From the NCBI GenBank assembly GCA_023393065.1, contig JAEWMX010000006.1:54378-118377 (forward strand): a stretch of DNA of 64,000 nucleotides, in the 5' to 3' direction. The translations under genes were made by a program, and so were the position numbers. Each line of letters begins with the position of its first letter. The stretch's first letter is position 1. Source of the DNA: Bacillota bacterium (GTDB taxonomy: Bacteria > Bacillota_I > Bacilli_A > RFN20 > CAG-826). This document shows, in pieces, positions 9,228-18,382 of the stretch. The notes beneath the pieces are model-generated. The model did no database searches, was not told where the DNA came from, and saw only the letters and a program-made list of their open reading frames with translations.

Positions 9228-9318
9228 TTAGTTGTTGTAAACACATCACGAAGTCGTCGCGGTTTGTCATACTCCAAGTCGTTAATGACAGGCCGCTATC
9301 TAACAAGGAGCGAACTTA

Positions 9319-9897
9319 ATGATCCACGGGATTATTCTGGCGGCCGGTTACTCAAGCCGAGCTGAGACGAATAAGATGCTATTGATGCACAAGGGTAAGT
9401 TTTTACTATCCCACGCGATTGATGGCATGCTTCCCTTCGTCGACGAAGTCATTGTCGTCACCGGACATTATCACAAAGAAATTTCCGAAGTCTTAAATAC
9501 TTACCAAAAAGTTACCTGTGTCTATAACCCGCGCTACGCTGAAGGAATGTTCACCTCCGTGCAAGCCGGTGTGACGAAGACAAAAGGTGATTTTTTTATT
9601 CTGCCCGGCGATTGTCCGTTTGTCACCGCCGACACCTATCAAAAAATGCTGTCTGGCACGAAGGATTTACGCGTTCCGAGCTTTCATAATCACACTGGCC
9701 ATCCCCTTTTTCTTAAGCAATCTCTTAAGGATGAATTGCTTAACGAACCAGCGGAGTCAAACCTCAAAGTATTTCGAAATCGCCACGATTATGAAATAAT
9801 CAAGACAGAGGATTCTCAAATCTTGATGGACATCGACACACCATCTGACTATCAAGCTTTAGATAAATTAGGAAAGGAAACCAAACATGGAAGCTAA
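9319..9897 (+). CDS. mocA: molybdenum cofactor cytidylyltransferase (MocA/MobA-like nucleotidyltransferase)
   Basis: MIHGIILAAGYSSRAETNKMLL matches the MobA-like NTP-transferase N-terminus. Sits directly upstream of xanthine-dehydrogenase-family subunits, as ygfJ does in E. coli. RBS AAGGAG upstream. Confidence 0.75.
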   Translation: MIHGIILAAGYSSRAETNKMLLMHKGKFLLSHAIDGMLPFVDEVIVVTGHYHKEISEVLNTYQKVTCVYNPRYAEGMFTSVQAGVTKTKGDFFILPGDCPFVTADTYQKMLSGTKDLRVPSFHNHTGHPLFLKQSLKDELLNEPAESNLKVFRNRHDYEIIKTEDSQILMDIDTPSDYQALDKLGKETKHGS

Positions 9898-10684
9898 TCG
9901 CTATTTACGACCTGCGACCTTGGAAGAAGCATATCAACTGTTGCTTCAAGACCCCAAAAACATTTTGCTCGGCGGAGGCCTTTGGCTTAAAAAGTCCACC
10001 CCTTCAGCCAACGCTCTCGTCGATTTGAGTGCCCTCGGGCTCGACGCAATTAAAGATCTCGGTGATCGCCTTGAAATTGGGGCGATGGTCACTCTTCGCG
10101 ACTTTGAGTTAAGTCCTCTTATTAAAGAGATATGCGGCGGAGTCTTAACTGAAGCGACCAGCCAAATTATGGGCGTCGCTTTTCGCAACGGCGCGACGAT
10201 CGGTGGTTCGGTTGCCGGAAGATTCCCTTTCTCAGATATAATCACGCCGTTACTTGCCCTTGACGCGCAACTAGTTTTTTATCCCCACAAAGAAATGAGC
10301 CTCGCTGATTTTTTGGCTCTTAAAGGACGCCTTAGCGATATCCTCACTCATGTTGTTATCAAAAAAAGCAAAGGGCGCTCGTTTTTTAAGAAAGTCAAGA
10401 CGACAGCCCTTGATTTTGCCGTAATCAATGTTGCCATCGCATCTATTGATGGCAATTATCGCGTAGCGATAGGCAGCCGTCCTTCGGTTGCGTCTTTAGC
10501 GTTAAAGACCATGGATTCAGTCAACAATAAAAAGAAATTATCTAAGGAGGAAGTTCTTAAAGCCGCCGAGATAGCGTCTGAAGAACTATCCTATGCATCG
10601 ACTAACGCCGCGAGTGCCGAATATCGAAAAGCACTCGTCAAAGCCTATGTCAAGCGCGGTCTTGAGGAGGTCAGCAAAGAATGA
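9887..10684 (+). CDS. molybdenum hydroxylase FAD-binding subunit (XdhB/CoxM family), triad 1
   Basis: 265 aa. FAD-binding molybdopterin-dehydrogenase pattern (ILLGGGLWL, AFRNGATIGGSVAG). Confidence 0.85.
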   Translation: MEANRYLRPATLEEAYQLLLQDPKNILLGGGLWLKKSTPSANALVDLSALGLDAIKDLGDRLEIGAMVTLRDFELSPLIKEICGGVLTEATSQIMGVAFRNGATIGGSVAGRFPFSDIITPLLALDAQLVFYPHKEMSLADFLALKGRLSDILTHVVIKKSKGRSFFKKVKTTALDFAVINVAIASIDGNYRVAIGSRPSVASLALKTMDSVNNKKKLSKEEVLKAAEIASEELSYASTNAASAEYRKALVKAYVKRGLEEVSKE

Positions 10685-11133
10685 GAGTCAATTTTGTACT
10701 AAACGGACGAAACGTTATTTTTGATATCGCTCCCGGCGAATATCTGGCTGACACTTTGCGCGCCAATCACATTTTATCCGTCAAAAAAGCTTGTGATGAA
10801 TCCGCTTGCGGCGCCTGTACCGTCTTAGTTGACGGCCGCCCAATTCTATCTTGCTCTTATTTGTCCGCTCGCGTCGAAGGACGGAGCGTGACGACCGTCG
10901 AAACCATTCAAGACGAAGTCAATCAAATCAGCGACTTCTTTTCAGATGAAGGCGCTGATCAATGCGGCTTTTGCAACACCGGTCTCGCCTTGACGATTTA
11001 TGCTTTGCAAAAGGAAATGCCAAATGCCAGCGATGACGAGATACGACACTTTGTGGCCGGCAATCTCTGCCGCTGCTCGGGCTATCAGGCGCAATTCCTC
11101 GCCATCAAACACTATTTGGAGGCCCATAGATGA
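10681..11133 (+). CDS. molybdenum hydroxylase 2Fe-2S iron-sulfur subunit (XdhC/CoxS family), triad 1
   Basis: 150 aa. Two [2Fe-2S] cysteine clusters (CDESACGACTV; CGFCNTG...CRCSGY). Confidence 0.9.
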   Translation: MRVNFVLNGRNVIFDIAPGEYLADTLRANHILSVKKACDESACGACTVLVDGRPILSCSYLSARVEGRSVTTVETIQDEVNQISDFFSDEGADQCGFCNTGLALTIYALQKEMPNASDDEIRHFVAGNLCRCSGYQAQFLAIKHYLEAHR

Positions 11134-13433
11134 AAACGGTAAATCACAAGACTCCTTCCGTCGACGGCAAGGGCATCATGATGGGGCGGGCCGCCTTTAC
11201 CGATGACTTCGCCGAACCCAATTCCCTAATCGTCAAAATGCTACGGAGCCCCCACGCTTTTGCTCGCATCAAAAACATTGACACTTCCAAAGCTCGTGCC
11301 CTTCCCGGCGTCGAGATTGTCTTGACCCACCACGACGTCCCTCGCAAGTCGTTTACGAGGGCCGGACAAGGCTATCCCGAACCATCTCCACACGATAAGT
11401 TCATCTTAGATGAATATGTTCGCTATGTCGGCGATGAAGTCGCTTGCGTCGCGGCCATAAACGAAAGCGTTGCCGACCAAGCTTTGAAACTAATCGAAGT
11501 TGAATACGAGGTCCTTGAACCTGTGCTCGACTTTGAAAAAGCCTTTGAACACCAGAGCGTCATTCACCCCGAAGAAGGAATTTGCGAGATGTTTCCCATC
11601 GGTTTTGAACCGAAGAAAAATGTCGCTGCTTCTTATCACATGCATGTAGGAGATGTCGATGCTGTCATGGCTAAATGCGATGTGGTTGTCGAAGAAACTT
11701 ATTACACTCAAGCTCAAGCTCATGCGATGCTTGAACCGCATTCGACAAATGCCCGTTTGGATTATCATAATCGCCTCGTTATCTACTCTTCGACGCAAAC
11801 GCCTTATCACGTGCGTCGCATCTTGTCACAAACCCTTGATTTACCAATCAGCAAAATTCGCTTGATTAAGCCGCGTGTCGGCGGTGGATTCGGTGGCAAA
11901 CAGGCCCTGCATGGCGAGTTCTTTGTCTCTCTAGTGACTTTAAGAACCAAAAAACCATCCAAGATGGTGTATTCGCGACAAGAAGTATTTGAGTCCTCAT
12001 ACACTCGTCACCCGATGCGCATCACCATGCGTCTGGGAGCTATGAAAGACGGAACGATACGAGCGATCGACTGCTATAGTTTGTCCGATACCGGAGCTTA
12101 TGGCGAACACGCTTTAACCGTCTTTATGATTACCGGATCAAAAGTCTTGCCTTTATATAATAAAGTCGATGCTGTCCGCTTCGGCGGCCGCGTCGTCTAC
12201 ACCAACCACGTATCCGCTGGCGCTTATCGCGGTTACGGCGCGATTCAAGGTAATTTCGCCCTTGAATCAGTCATTGATGTCCTGGCGAAGAAGCTCAACA
12301 TGGATCCTTTGGAATTGAGACGCAAAAACATGATGGAAGAAGGCGAGACGAGCCCAATTTTTGAAATCATGGGCGAAGGCACCGAAGGCACGGCCATGAA
12401 TATGGATACGTGCAAACTCCGCTATTGTCTCGATCGCGGCGCCGAACTGATAGGGTGGAAAGACAAATATCCATTTGTTCGAGTCGGCCCCCACAAAGTC
12501 CGCTCGGTCGGCATGGCCATTGCTATGCAAGGTAGCGGCATTCCCTACATCGATATGGCAGCCGCCACTATCAAACTAAATGATGATGGCTTTTATAACC
12601 TGACCGTCGGGGCGACCGATATCGGTCAAGGCAGCGATACGATACTCACGCAAATTGCCGCTGAAACCCTGATGACAACCATGGATAAAGTCGTGATTTA
12701 CTCATCTGATACCGACTTGACGCCGTTTGATGTCGGTGCCTACGCATCTAGTACGACATATGTTTCTGGCAATGCCGTGCTTAAGGCCGCGAAGAGCATG
12801 AAGACCATGCTGATTGAAGAGGCGGCCCATTATCTGAAAGTCTCCGTAGATGAAGTGACATTCGATGGCGAAAAGTTCGTCGCCAAAGATAAGATCATCA
12901 CTTTATCGGATATGGCTAATAAACTCTACTACAACGAAAATCAACACCAACTGACAGCGACCGAAAGTTATGTCGGTCACAAGTCGCCGCCGCCTTTTAT
13001 GGCCGGTTTTGTCGAAATCGAAATGGATACTGAAACTTATGAGTACAAAATACTTCATTATGTCAGCGTCGTCGATTGCGGCACGACAATTAATCCGATG
13101 CTCGCCCGCGGTCAAGTCGAAGGCGGCATCGTCCAAGGACTGGGCATGGCTTGCTTTGAAGAAGTCAAATACAGCAATCGCGGAAAGCTTAACAGCAACA
13201 GCTTCTTGTATTACAAGATTCCGACGATGCTCGACATCGATAAGTTAACTACCGAGTTTGCGGAAAGCTATGAGGAAAGCGGTCCTTATGGGGCTAAGTC
13301 AGTCGGTGAAATCGGAATTGACACGCCGCCGGCAGCCATTGCCAACGCGGTCGCCAATGCCGTCAACATTCGCATTAATAAATTACCAATCACTCCTGAA
13401 AAGATTTTTCAGGGGGCAAATCAAGAAAAATAA
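11130..13433 (+). CDS. molybdenum hydroxylase molybdopterin-binding large subunit (xanthine dehydrogenase family), triad 1
   Basis: 767 aa. Aldehyde oxidase/xanthine dehydrogenase a/b-hammerhead and MoCo-binding domain pattern (GGGFGGK, GQGSDT, EIG). Confidence 0.9.
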   Translation: MKTVNHKTPSVDGKGIMMGRAAFTDDFAEPNSLIVKMLRSPHAFARIKNIDTSKARALPGVEIVLTHHDVPRKSFTRAGQGYPEPSPHDKFILDEYVRYVGDEVACVAAINESVADQALKLIEVEYEVLEPVLDFEKAFEHQSVIHPEEGICEMFPIGFEPKKNVAASYHMHVGDVDAVMAKCDVVVEETYYTQAQAHAMLEPHSTNARLDYHNRLVIYSSTQTPYHVRRILSQTLDLPISKIRLIKPRVGGGFGGKQALHGEFFVSLVTLRTKKPSKMVYSRQEVFESSYTRHPMRITMRLGAMKDGTIRAIDCYSLSDTGAYGEHALTVFMITGSKVLPLYNKVDAVRFGGRVVYTNHVSAGAYRGYGAIQGNFALESVIDVLAKKLNMDPLELRRKNMMEEGETSPIFEIMGEGTEGTAMNMDTCKLRYCLDRGAELIGWKDKYPFVRVGPHKVRSVGMAIAMQGSGIPYIDMAAATIKLNDDGFYNLTVGATDIGQGSDTILTQIAAETLMTTMDKVVIYSSDTDLTPFDVGAYASSTTYVSGNAVLKAAKSMKTMLIEEAAHYLKVSVDEVTFDGEKFVAKDKIITLSDMANKLYYNENQHQLTATESYVGHKSPPPFMAGFVEIEMDTETYEYKILHYVSVVDCGTTINPMLARGQVEGGIVQGLGMACFEEVKYSNRGKLNSNSFLYYKIPTMLDIDKLTTEFAESYEESGPYGAKSVGEIGIDTPPAAIANAVANAVNIRINKLPITPEKIFQGANQEK

Positions 13434-13445
13434 AGGAGTCTTGTT

Positions 13446-14138
13446 ATGAATAACAAAAAAAGTGTCTCAAACTCACTACTAGCCATTGTCTTTTTTGGAG
13501 CCGCTTGGGGCTTGCTAGAAGCCACGATGGGCTACCTCCTTCACTGGTTACCCGGCATGTGGTCGGGTCTGGTGATGTTTCCAATTGGGTCAGCTCTGAT
13601 GTATTGGGCCTATCAAAACACCGGACGTAGGAGCGCCATTCTCTATGTCGGTTTGCTAGCTGCTAGCATCAAGGCCATTAACTTCGCATTCCCAATTCAT
13701 TGGGAAGGATGGATGAGAGTGTATACGCCGATGATTTCGATCGTCTTAGAATCATTGACGGTTTTTGCCGTCAGTTACATCTTTGAGAAGAAAGCCTCGC
13801 CTATCAGACAGATTTTCATTCACCTCGGGGCGATGGTCCTAGCCATTGTTTCTTGGCGCCTTCTCTTCTTAGGCAATCAAGCCATTCAGTCGCTGATTAG
13901 CGGGAATCTCGCCAACCAACTTAGTTCTTTTGGAGCGGCGGCCAGCTTCGTTTTTGTTAATGGTGGCTATGAGTTGCTCGTCTTCGCCATCATTTACGGT
14001 ATTTATCGCCTCGTCCAATTCCTAATCTTGACGTTTAATAAGACAAATGTAAAAGCTCCGAATTGGCTGATGCCCGTTCTTTCGCCTCTAACTTTCGTCT
14101 TCGCTGTCTTGGCAGTTATTTTGCCAAAGCTTTTATAA
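13446..14138 (+). CDS. uncharacterised integral membrane protein (about six predicted TM helices, possibly ECF S-component-like)
   Basis: 230 aa, hydrophobic throughout. No recognisable catalytic motif. Embedded in the Mo-hydroxylase cluster. Confidence 0.55.
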   Translation: MNNKKSVSNSLLAIVFFGAAWGLLEATMGYLLHWLPGMWSGLVMFPIGSALMYWAYQNTGRRSAILYVGLLAASIKAINFAFPIHWEGWMRVYTPMISIVLESLTVFAVSYIFEKKASPIRQIFIHLGAMVLAIVSWRLLFLGNQAIQSLISGNLANQLSSFGAAASFVFVNGGYELLVFAIIYGIYRLVQFLILTFNKTNVKAPNWLMPVLSPLTFVFAVLAVILPKLL

Positions 14139-14192
14139 GGAAGATAGAAATCGCCACCATGTCAACAATCATCGTTCAAAGAAAGGCTCTCC

Positions 14193-14678
14193 GTGGTTAA
14201 GATAATCAGCGGGAAAGTCGATTCTGGAAAAACGACGGAGATGATTCGGCGCTACGAAGCCACGCGTTCAGGCGATGGCTTCGTAGCCCTTAAAAAAATG
14301 AAGGGGAACGATATTTACGGATATTGCATTCGACGCCTTGGCAACGATCGTTCGCTCATGTGGATGATTCATCAAAAACACTATCAGGACGACTTTAAGA
14401 ACCATAGTAAGTTCGGTCCTTATTACCTCAATCTCGACGTTTTGCATCTGATGGAATCCGATGTCGATGAGTTTATCGCAAAAAACATCGCCCCCATCTT
14501 CCTCGACGAAATTGGAATCCTCGAACTTAATGGCGGAGGCTATCACAACATTTTGAAGAAACTATTAGCAAGCGGTCTCAATCTCGTCATCGCCGTCCGC
14601 GAAGACCTCGTCAAACCCATCGCGAATTACTTCGCTATCAAAGACTATGAACTGATACAAGTTCAAAGAGAGGAGTAG
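14193..14678 (+). CDS. small P-loop NTPase (MobB-like; candidate molybdenum hydroxylase maturation accessory protein)
   Basis: GTG start. Walker A at residues 6-14 (ISGKVDSGKTT). 161 aa. Context similar to yqeC/mobB-type accessory genes. Family assignment is tentative. Confidence 0.5.
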   Translation: MVKIISGKVDSGKTTEMIRRYEATRSGDGFVALKKMKGNDIYGYCIRRLGNDRSLMWMIHQKHYQDDFKNHSKFGPYYLNLDVLHLMESDVDEFIAKNIAPIFLDEIGILELNGGGYHNILKKLLASGLNLVIAVREDLVKPIANYFAIKDYELIQVQREE

Positions 14679-14682
14679 AACC

Positions 14683-15990
14683 ATGTACGATTATGCAATC
14701 ATGAATGGCAAGCTCTACATCAACGGTCATTGGGAAAAGCACAACCTCTATATCGCAAAGAGCAAAATCGCCTTGATCAGCGATGACTTTTTGGATGCAT
14801 CGGAAGTGGTGGACGCCGACGGACTAGAAGTCTTGCCGGGCATCGTCGACCCGCATGTTCATTTCGAACTCGACTTAGGCAAATACAAATCCGTCGATGA
14901 TTTTTATCATGGCACGGTAGCAGCCGCCTACGGCGGAGTAACCTCCATCGTCGACTTTCTCGATCCGGTGAGCAATGCCGAAGAACTCCAAGTCGCCTTT
15001 GATAAGCGCATGGCGTTAGCTAAAAAATCCGTCGTCGATTTTCGCCTCCACGCCTGTTTAAAAAACCCGACGGGCGATCTCGAAGAATTCGTCAAAAAAA
15101 TGAAGAGCCTCGACATGCACACGCTCAAGATTTTTACGACTTACTCCGACTCTGGCCGCCGGACTTATGAAAAAGATATCATCAAGCTGCTCGAGCTGTC
15201 TGACAAGTATAAATTTTTGCTCCTCGTCCATGCCGAAAACGATGATTTGATCGTTCTAAAAAAAGATTTTACGTACCAGGATTTGCCGATTAGCCGTTCC
15301 TCGGAAGCGGAAAGAACCGAAGCCCTGCACCTAGCGAAACTCGTCCGGCATCACGGCGGGAAACTATATATGGTTCATCTAAGTGACGGCCACACGCTAG
15401 AAGCCCTTATTGAAAACTATAGCGATATTTTGAATAAGCATTTCTTTGTCGAAAGCTGCCCGCAGTATTTTACTTTTACCAACGACGACTTGCAGAGAGA
15501 AGATGGCTACTTGTATTCGTTTGCCCCACCTCTTCGGGATTTCGTCTCGCGTAAAATGCTTTTCGTCAATCAGAAACACATCGATACGATCGGTACCGAC
15601 CACTGCGCTTTCAACGTTGCCGACAAAAAAGGCAAGATGCTTTTTGAAATGCCATTAGGCATTGGAGGCATCGAGCACTCGTTTACGATTATGCGTCATC
15701 ATCTCGGTGATGCCGTCATTAATAAGATGACCGCCAATGTAGCCCGCATCCAAGGTCTCGAAGGCAAAGGCGAAATCAAAGTCGGAAACGATGCCGATCT
15801 GCTCATTTTCAAACCCGAACCACGCAGCCTGATTCTTGACAAGCACGGCCGCGCCGATTACTCCTTGTACATCGGTCAGCCCGCGCACGGTCAAGTTATC
15901 TCAACGATGATTCGCGGTCATTTTGTGATTCAAAACCGCGTCTATCAAGGCGGACAAGGACAGTGGATCAAAGGGCGGGATATCGCATGA
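14683..15990 (+). CDS. cyclic amidohydrolase of the hydantoinase/dihydropyrimidinase family (HyuA-like)
   Basis: 435 aa. N-terminal metal-binding DPHVHF motif and the family's GxxDxH pattern near the C-terminus. RBS AGAGGAG upstream. Confidence 0.8.
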   Translation: MYDYAIMNGKLYINGHWEKHNLYIAKSKIALISDDFLDASEVVDADGLEVLPGIVDPHVHFELDLGKYKSVDDFYHGTVAAAYGGVTSIVDFLDPVSNAEELQVAFDKRMALAKKSVVDFRLHACLKNPTGDLEEFVKKMKSLDMHTLKIFTTYSDSGRRTYEKDIIKLLELSDKYKFLLLVHAENDDLIVLKKDFTYQDLPISRSSEAERTEALHLAKLVRHHGGKLYMVHLSDGHTLEALIENYSDILNKHFFVESCPQYFTFTNDDLQREDGYLYSFAPPLRDFVSRKMLFVNQKHIDTIGTDHCAFNVADKKGKMLFEMPLGIGGIEHSFTIMRHHLGDAVINKMTANVARIQGLEGKGEIKVGNDADLLIFKPEPRSLILDKHGRADYSLYIGQPAHGQVISTMIRGHFVIQNRVYQGGQGQWIKGRDIA

Positions 15991-17291
15991 AAAAAGCCAT
16001 AATTAACATTAAAATTTATGATTTTGCGAAGTTTTCGAATGATAGCTTTGTTATCTTTGACCAGGCAATTTTGCATGTTGGCGCAATGTCTGACTTCGTC
16101 GATGAAGGTTTTGAAATCATCGATGGCCGGGGCGCATTGCTCATGCCCGGACTCGTATGTGCTCACACCCACATCTACTCGAAATTTGCTCGTGGCCTAG
16201 CCCTTCCTTTTAATCCTAAAAATTTCCAAGAAATTCTTGACCAGATGTGGTGGAAACTCGACCGCCACATCGATAATGAAACATCATACTACAGCGGCAT
16301 TGTCGCCGCCGCCGATTTTCTTCGCGACGGCGTGACGACAATTATCGATCACCACGCCAGCGGCCAAGAAATTAGCGGTTCGCTCGCCTCGCTTAAAAAA
16401 GCCGTTTGCGACGAAGCTTCGATGCGGGCTCTGTTCGCCTTCGAAGTCAGCGATCGTTTCAATATCGAAGAAGCGATTGAAGAAAATATTTCGTTTATCA
16501 GAAATTTCAAGACGCCACATACCGCCGGTCTCTTCGGTCTTCACGCCTCGATGAGCCTTTCGGAGGATACTCTCAATCAAGTTGGCGCTCGCCTTAAGGG
16601 GGCCCCTATTCACATTCATGTCGCTGAAAGCGAGATGGATGAAGAAGATGCTATTAACAAATATGGCGAACGAGTCGTAGAACGTCTTGATCGCCATGGT
16701 TTGATCAACGAAGATAGCCTTTTGATTCACTGCGTCCACGTCAATGACAAAGAGCTTGATATCATCAAAAGGCGTCAGGCCGCAATCGTCGTCAATGTCA
16801 CCTCTAATATGAACAACGCGGTCGGACTTCCAAACATTAATAAATTCCGCGAGAAGGAAATTCCCGTCATGATTGGAAACGACGGCCTTTCCAGCGGTAT
16901 CGCTAATGAGTATATAAATGTCTTGTATAGTGCACATCTGCTTAATAAGAAGCCGACAGCCTTTGATCTCGGCAATCTCTTAGAGATGATTAATCAAGGT
17001 TACGAATATGTCTCTCGCCATCTCGGCGTCAAACTCGGTCGCATCGAAGCTGGTTACGAAGCTGATTTGCTTCTCATGCCGTATGTTCCTCCGACCGCCC
17101 TTGACAAAAGCAACGCCCTCGGCCATCTTTTCTACGGCTTGATGCACGCCTTTAAACCGAGTGATGTTTTTGTCGCCGGCAATCATTTGCTTAAAAATTA
17201 CGAACTTGCAAATAAGAAATTAGTGTTGGAGTACGAAAAAAGCCAAGGAGTTGCCGATCGACTCTGGAATAGAATCAAAGGAGAAAAATGA
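15987..17291 (+). CDS. ssnA: SsnA-type amidohydrolase (chlorohydrolase/aminohydrolase family)
   Basis: ATG at 15987 overlaps the upstream stop (ATGA). ~434 aa. HTHIYS metal-binding motif. Conserved membership in the ygeW/xdh neighbourhood. Confidence 0.75.
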   Translation: MKKAIINIKIYDFAKFSNDSFVIFDQAILHVGAMSDFVDEGFEIIDGRGALLMPGLVCAHTHIYSKFARGLALPFNPKNFQEILDQMWWKLDRHIDNETSYYSGIVAAADFLRDGVTTIIDHHASGQEISGSLASLKKAVCDEASMRALFAFEVSDRFNIEEAIEENISFIRNFKTPHTAGLFGLHASMSLSEDTLNQVGARLKGAPIHIHVAESEMDEEDAINKYGERVVERLDRHGLINEDSLLIHCVHVNDKELDIIKRRQAAIVVNVTSNMNNAVGLPNINKFREKEIPVMIGNDGLSSGIANEYINVLYSAHLLNKKPTAFDLGNLLEMINQGYEYVSRHLGVKLGRIEAGYEADLLLMPYVPPTALDKSNALGHLFYGLMHAFKPSDVFVAGNHLLKNYELANKKLVLEYEKSQGVADRLWNRIKGEK

Positions 17292-18379
17292 TGGATTTAT
17301 CGACCAAGTTTGATGGATTAGTTCTCGCCAATCCGCTCATGCCCGCTGCCGGTCCTCTCGTCGGCGATACCGAACGCCTCGTTTTCATGAAAGACGCCGG
17401 CTGCGGCGCCATTGTCACTAAGACAATTTCCACCAAAGACGCCCATATTCCTCGCCCCTGCATTTACGGCGACCGCGAATATATCATGAACAGCGAATTG
17501 TGGAGCGAGTACAACAAAGAAAAGTGGATTGAAGAGTTCTTACCGGAATTCGTCGCTCAAAATGATGGCCGCCCCCTTATCGTAAGCGTCGGCTACACGA
17601 AGGAAGACATGGAAGTTCTCATCCCTCTGCTTGACCGTTTCGCCGATGCTTTTGAAGTATCGACTCACTATGTGGGCACAGATCATTCTGTCATCGCCGA
17701 AACCGTTCGTGCGATTCGCAAGCACACAAACAAGCCCCTCTATATGAAAATCAGCCCTCATATTCCTGATCCTTCAGGATTTGCCAAGGCCATCAAGGCC
17801 GCCGGAGCCAACGGCGTCGTCGCCGTCAACTCTTTGGGTCCGACGATGAAGATAGATATTAAAAAGCGTCGAATCATCTACGGAAACGAAAAAGGTTTCG
17901 TGTGGACGAGCGGACCAGTCATTAAAAATCTCGCATTCGCGACCGTCTATACGATCAAACGAGCCGAGCCATCCTTGACGGTCATCGGCGTCGGCGGCAT
18001 CGCCACCGCGGATGATGTCATCGAATTTTTGCTAGCCGGCGCGAGCGGCGTGCAAATGCTTTCGGCCGCCCTTTTAAAAGGCAAACAACTATACGCCAAG
18101 ATTATCGAAGACCTGCCCAAGGCTCTTGAAAGAAATGGCTTCTCCTCAGTTCAAGAAGTTATTGACACGCAACTAACTAACAAAGTTAGATATGAAGGCA
18201 ATACTCCATATCTCATTCCTGAAAAATGCATTCGCTGCATGTTATGCGTGAAGATTTGTCCATATTTTGCCATCGAGATGAAAGATGTCATCACCTTTGA
18301 TTCGACGAAGTGCTTTCAGTGCGGTCTTTGCCCTGTGAAGTGCCCGACTGGCGCGATTGTCATGGAAGAAAAGGAGTAA
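17288..18379 (+). CDS. dihydroorotate/dihydropyrimidine dehydrogenase-like flavoenzyme with C-terminal 2x[4Fe-4S] ferredoxin domain (PreA-like)
   Basis: 363 aa. DHOD-like TIM-barrel N-terminus. C-terminal CIRCMLCVKICP and CFQCGLCPVKCP motifs. Confidence 0.75.
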   Translation: MMDLSTKFDGLVLANPLMPAAGPLVGDTERLVFMKDAGCGAIVTKTISTKDAHIPRPCIYGDREYIMNSELWSEYNKEKWIEEFLPEFVAQNDGRPLIVSVGYTKEDMEVLIPLLDRFADAFEVSTHYVGTDHSVIAETVRAIRKHTNKPLYMKISPHIPDPSGFAKAIKAAGANGVVAVNSLGPTMKIDIKKRRIIYGNEKGFVWTSGPVIKNLAFATVYTIKRAEPSLTVIGVGGIATADDVIEFLLAGASGVQMLSAALLKGKQLYAKIIEDLPKALERNGFSSVQEVIDTQLTNKVRYEGNTPYLIPEKCIRCMLCVKICPYFAIEMKDVITFDSTKCFQCGLCPVKCPTGAIVMEEKE

Positions 18380-18382
18380 CGA

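Noticed and set aside
9137-9318. Possible purine riboswitch in the ~85-nt leader of the mocA-xdh operon (and the 9162..9365 small ORF).
   Set aside because: I could not find the conserved purine-riboswitch junction motifs by eye. The small ORF overlaps the mocA start with no RBS. Left as an unstructured leader; an Rfam scan would settle it.
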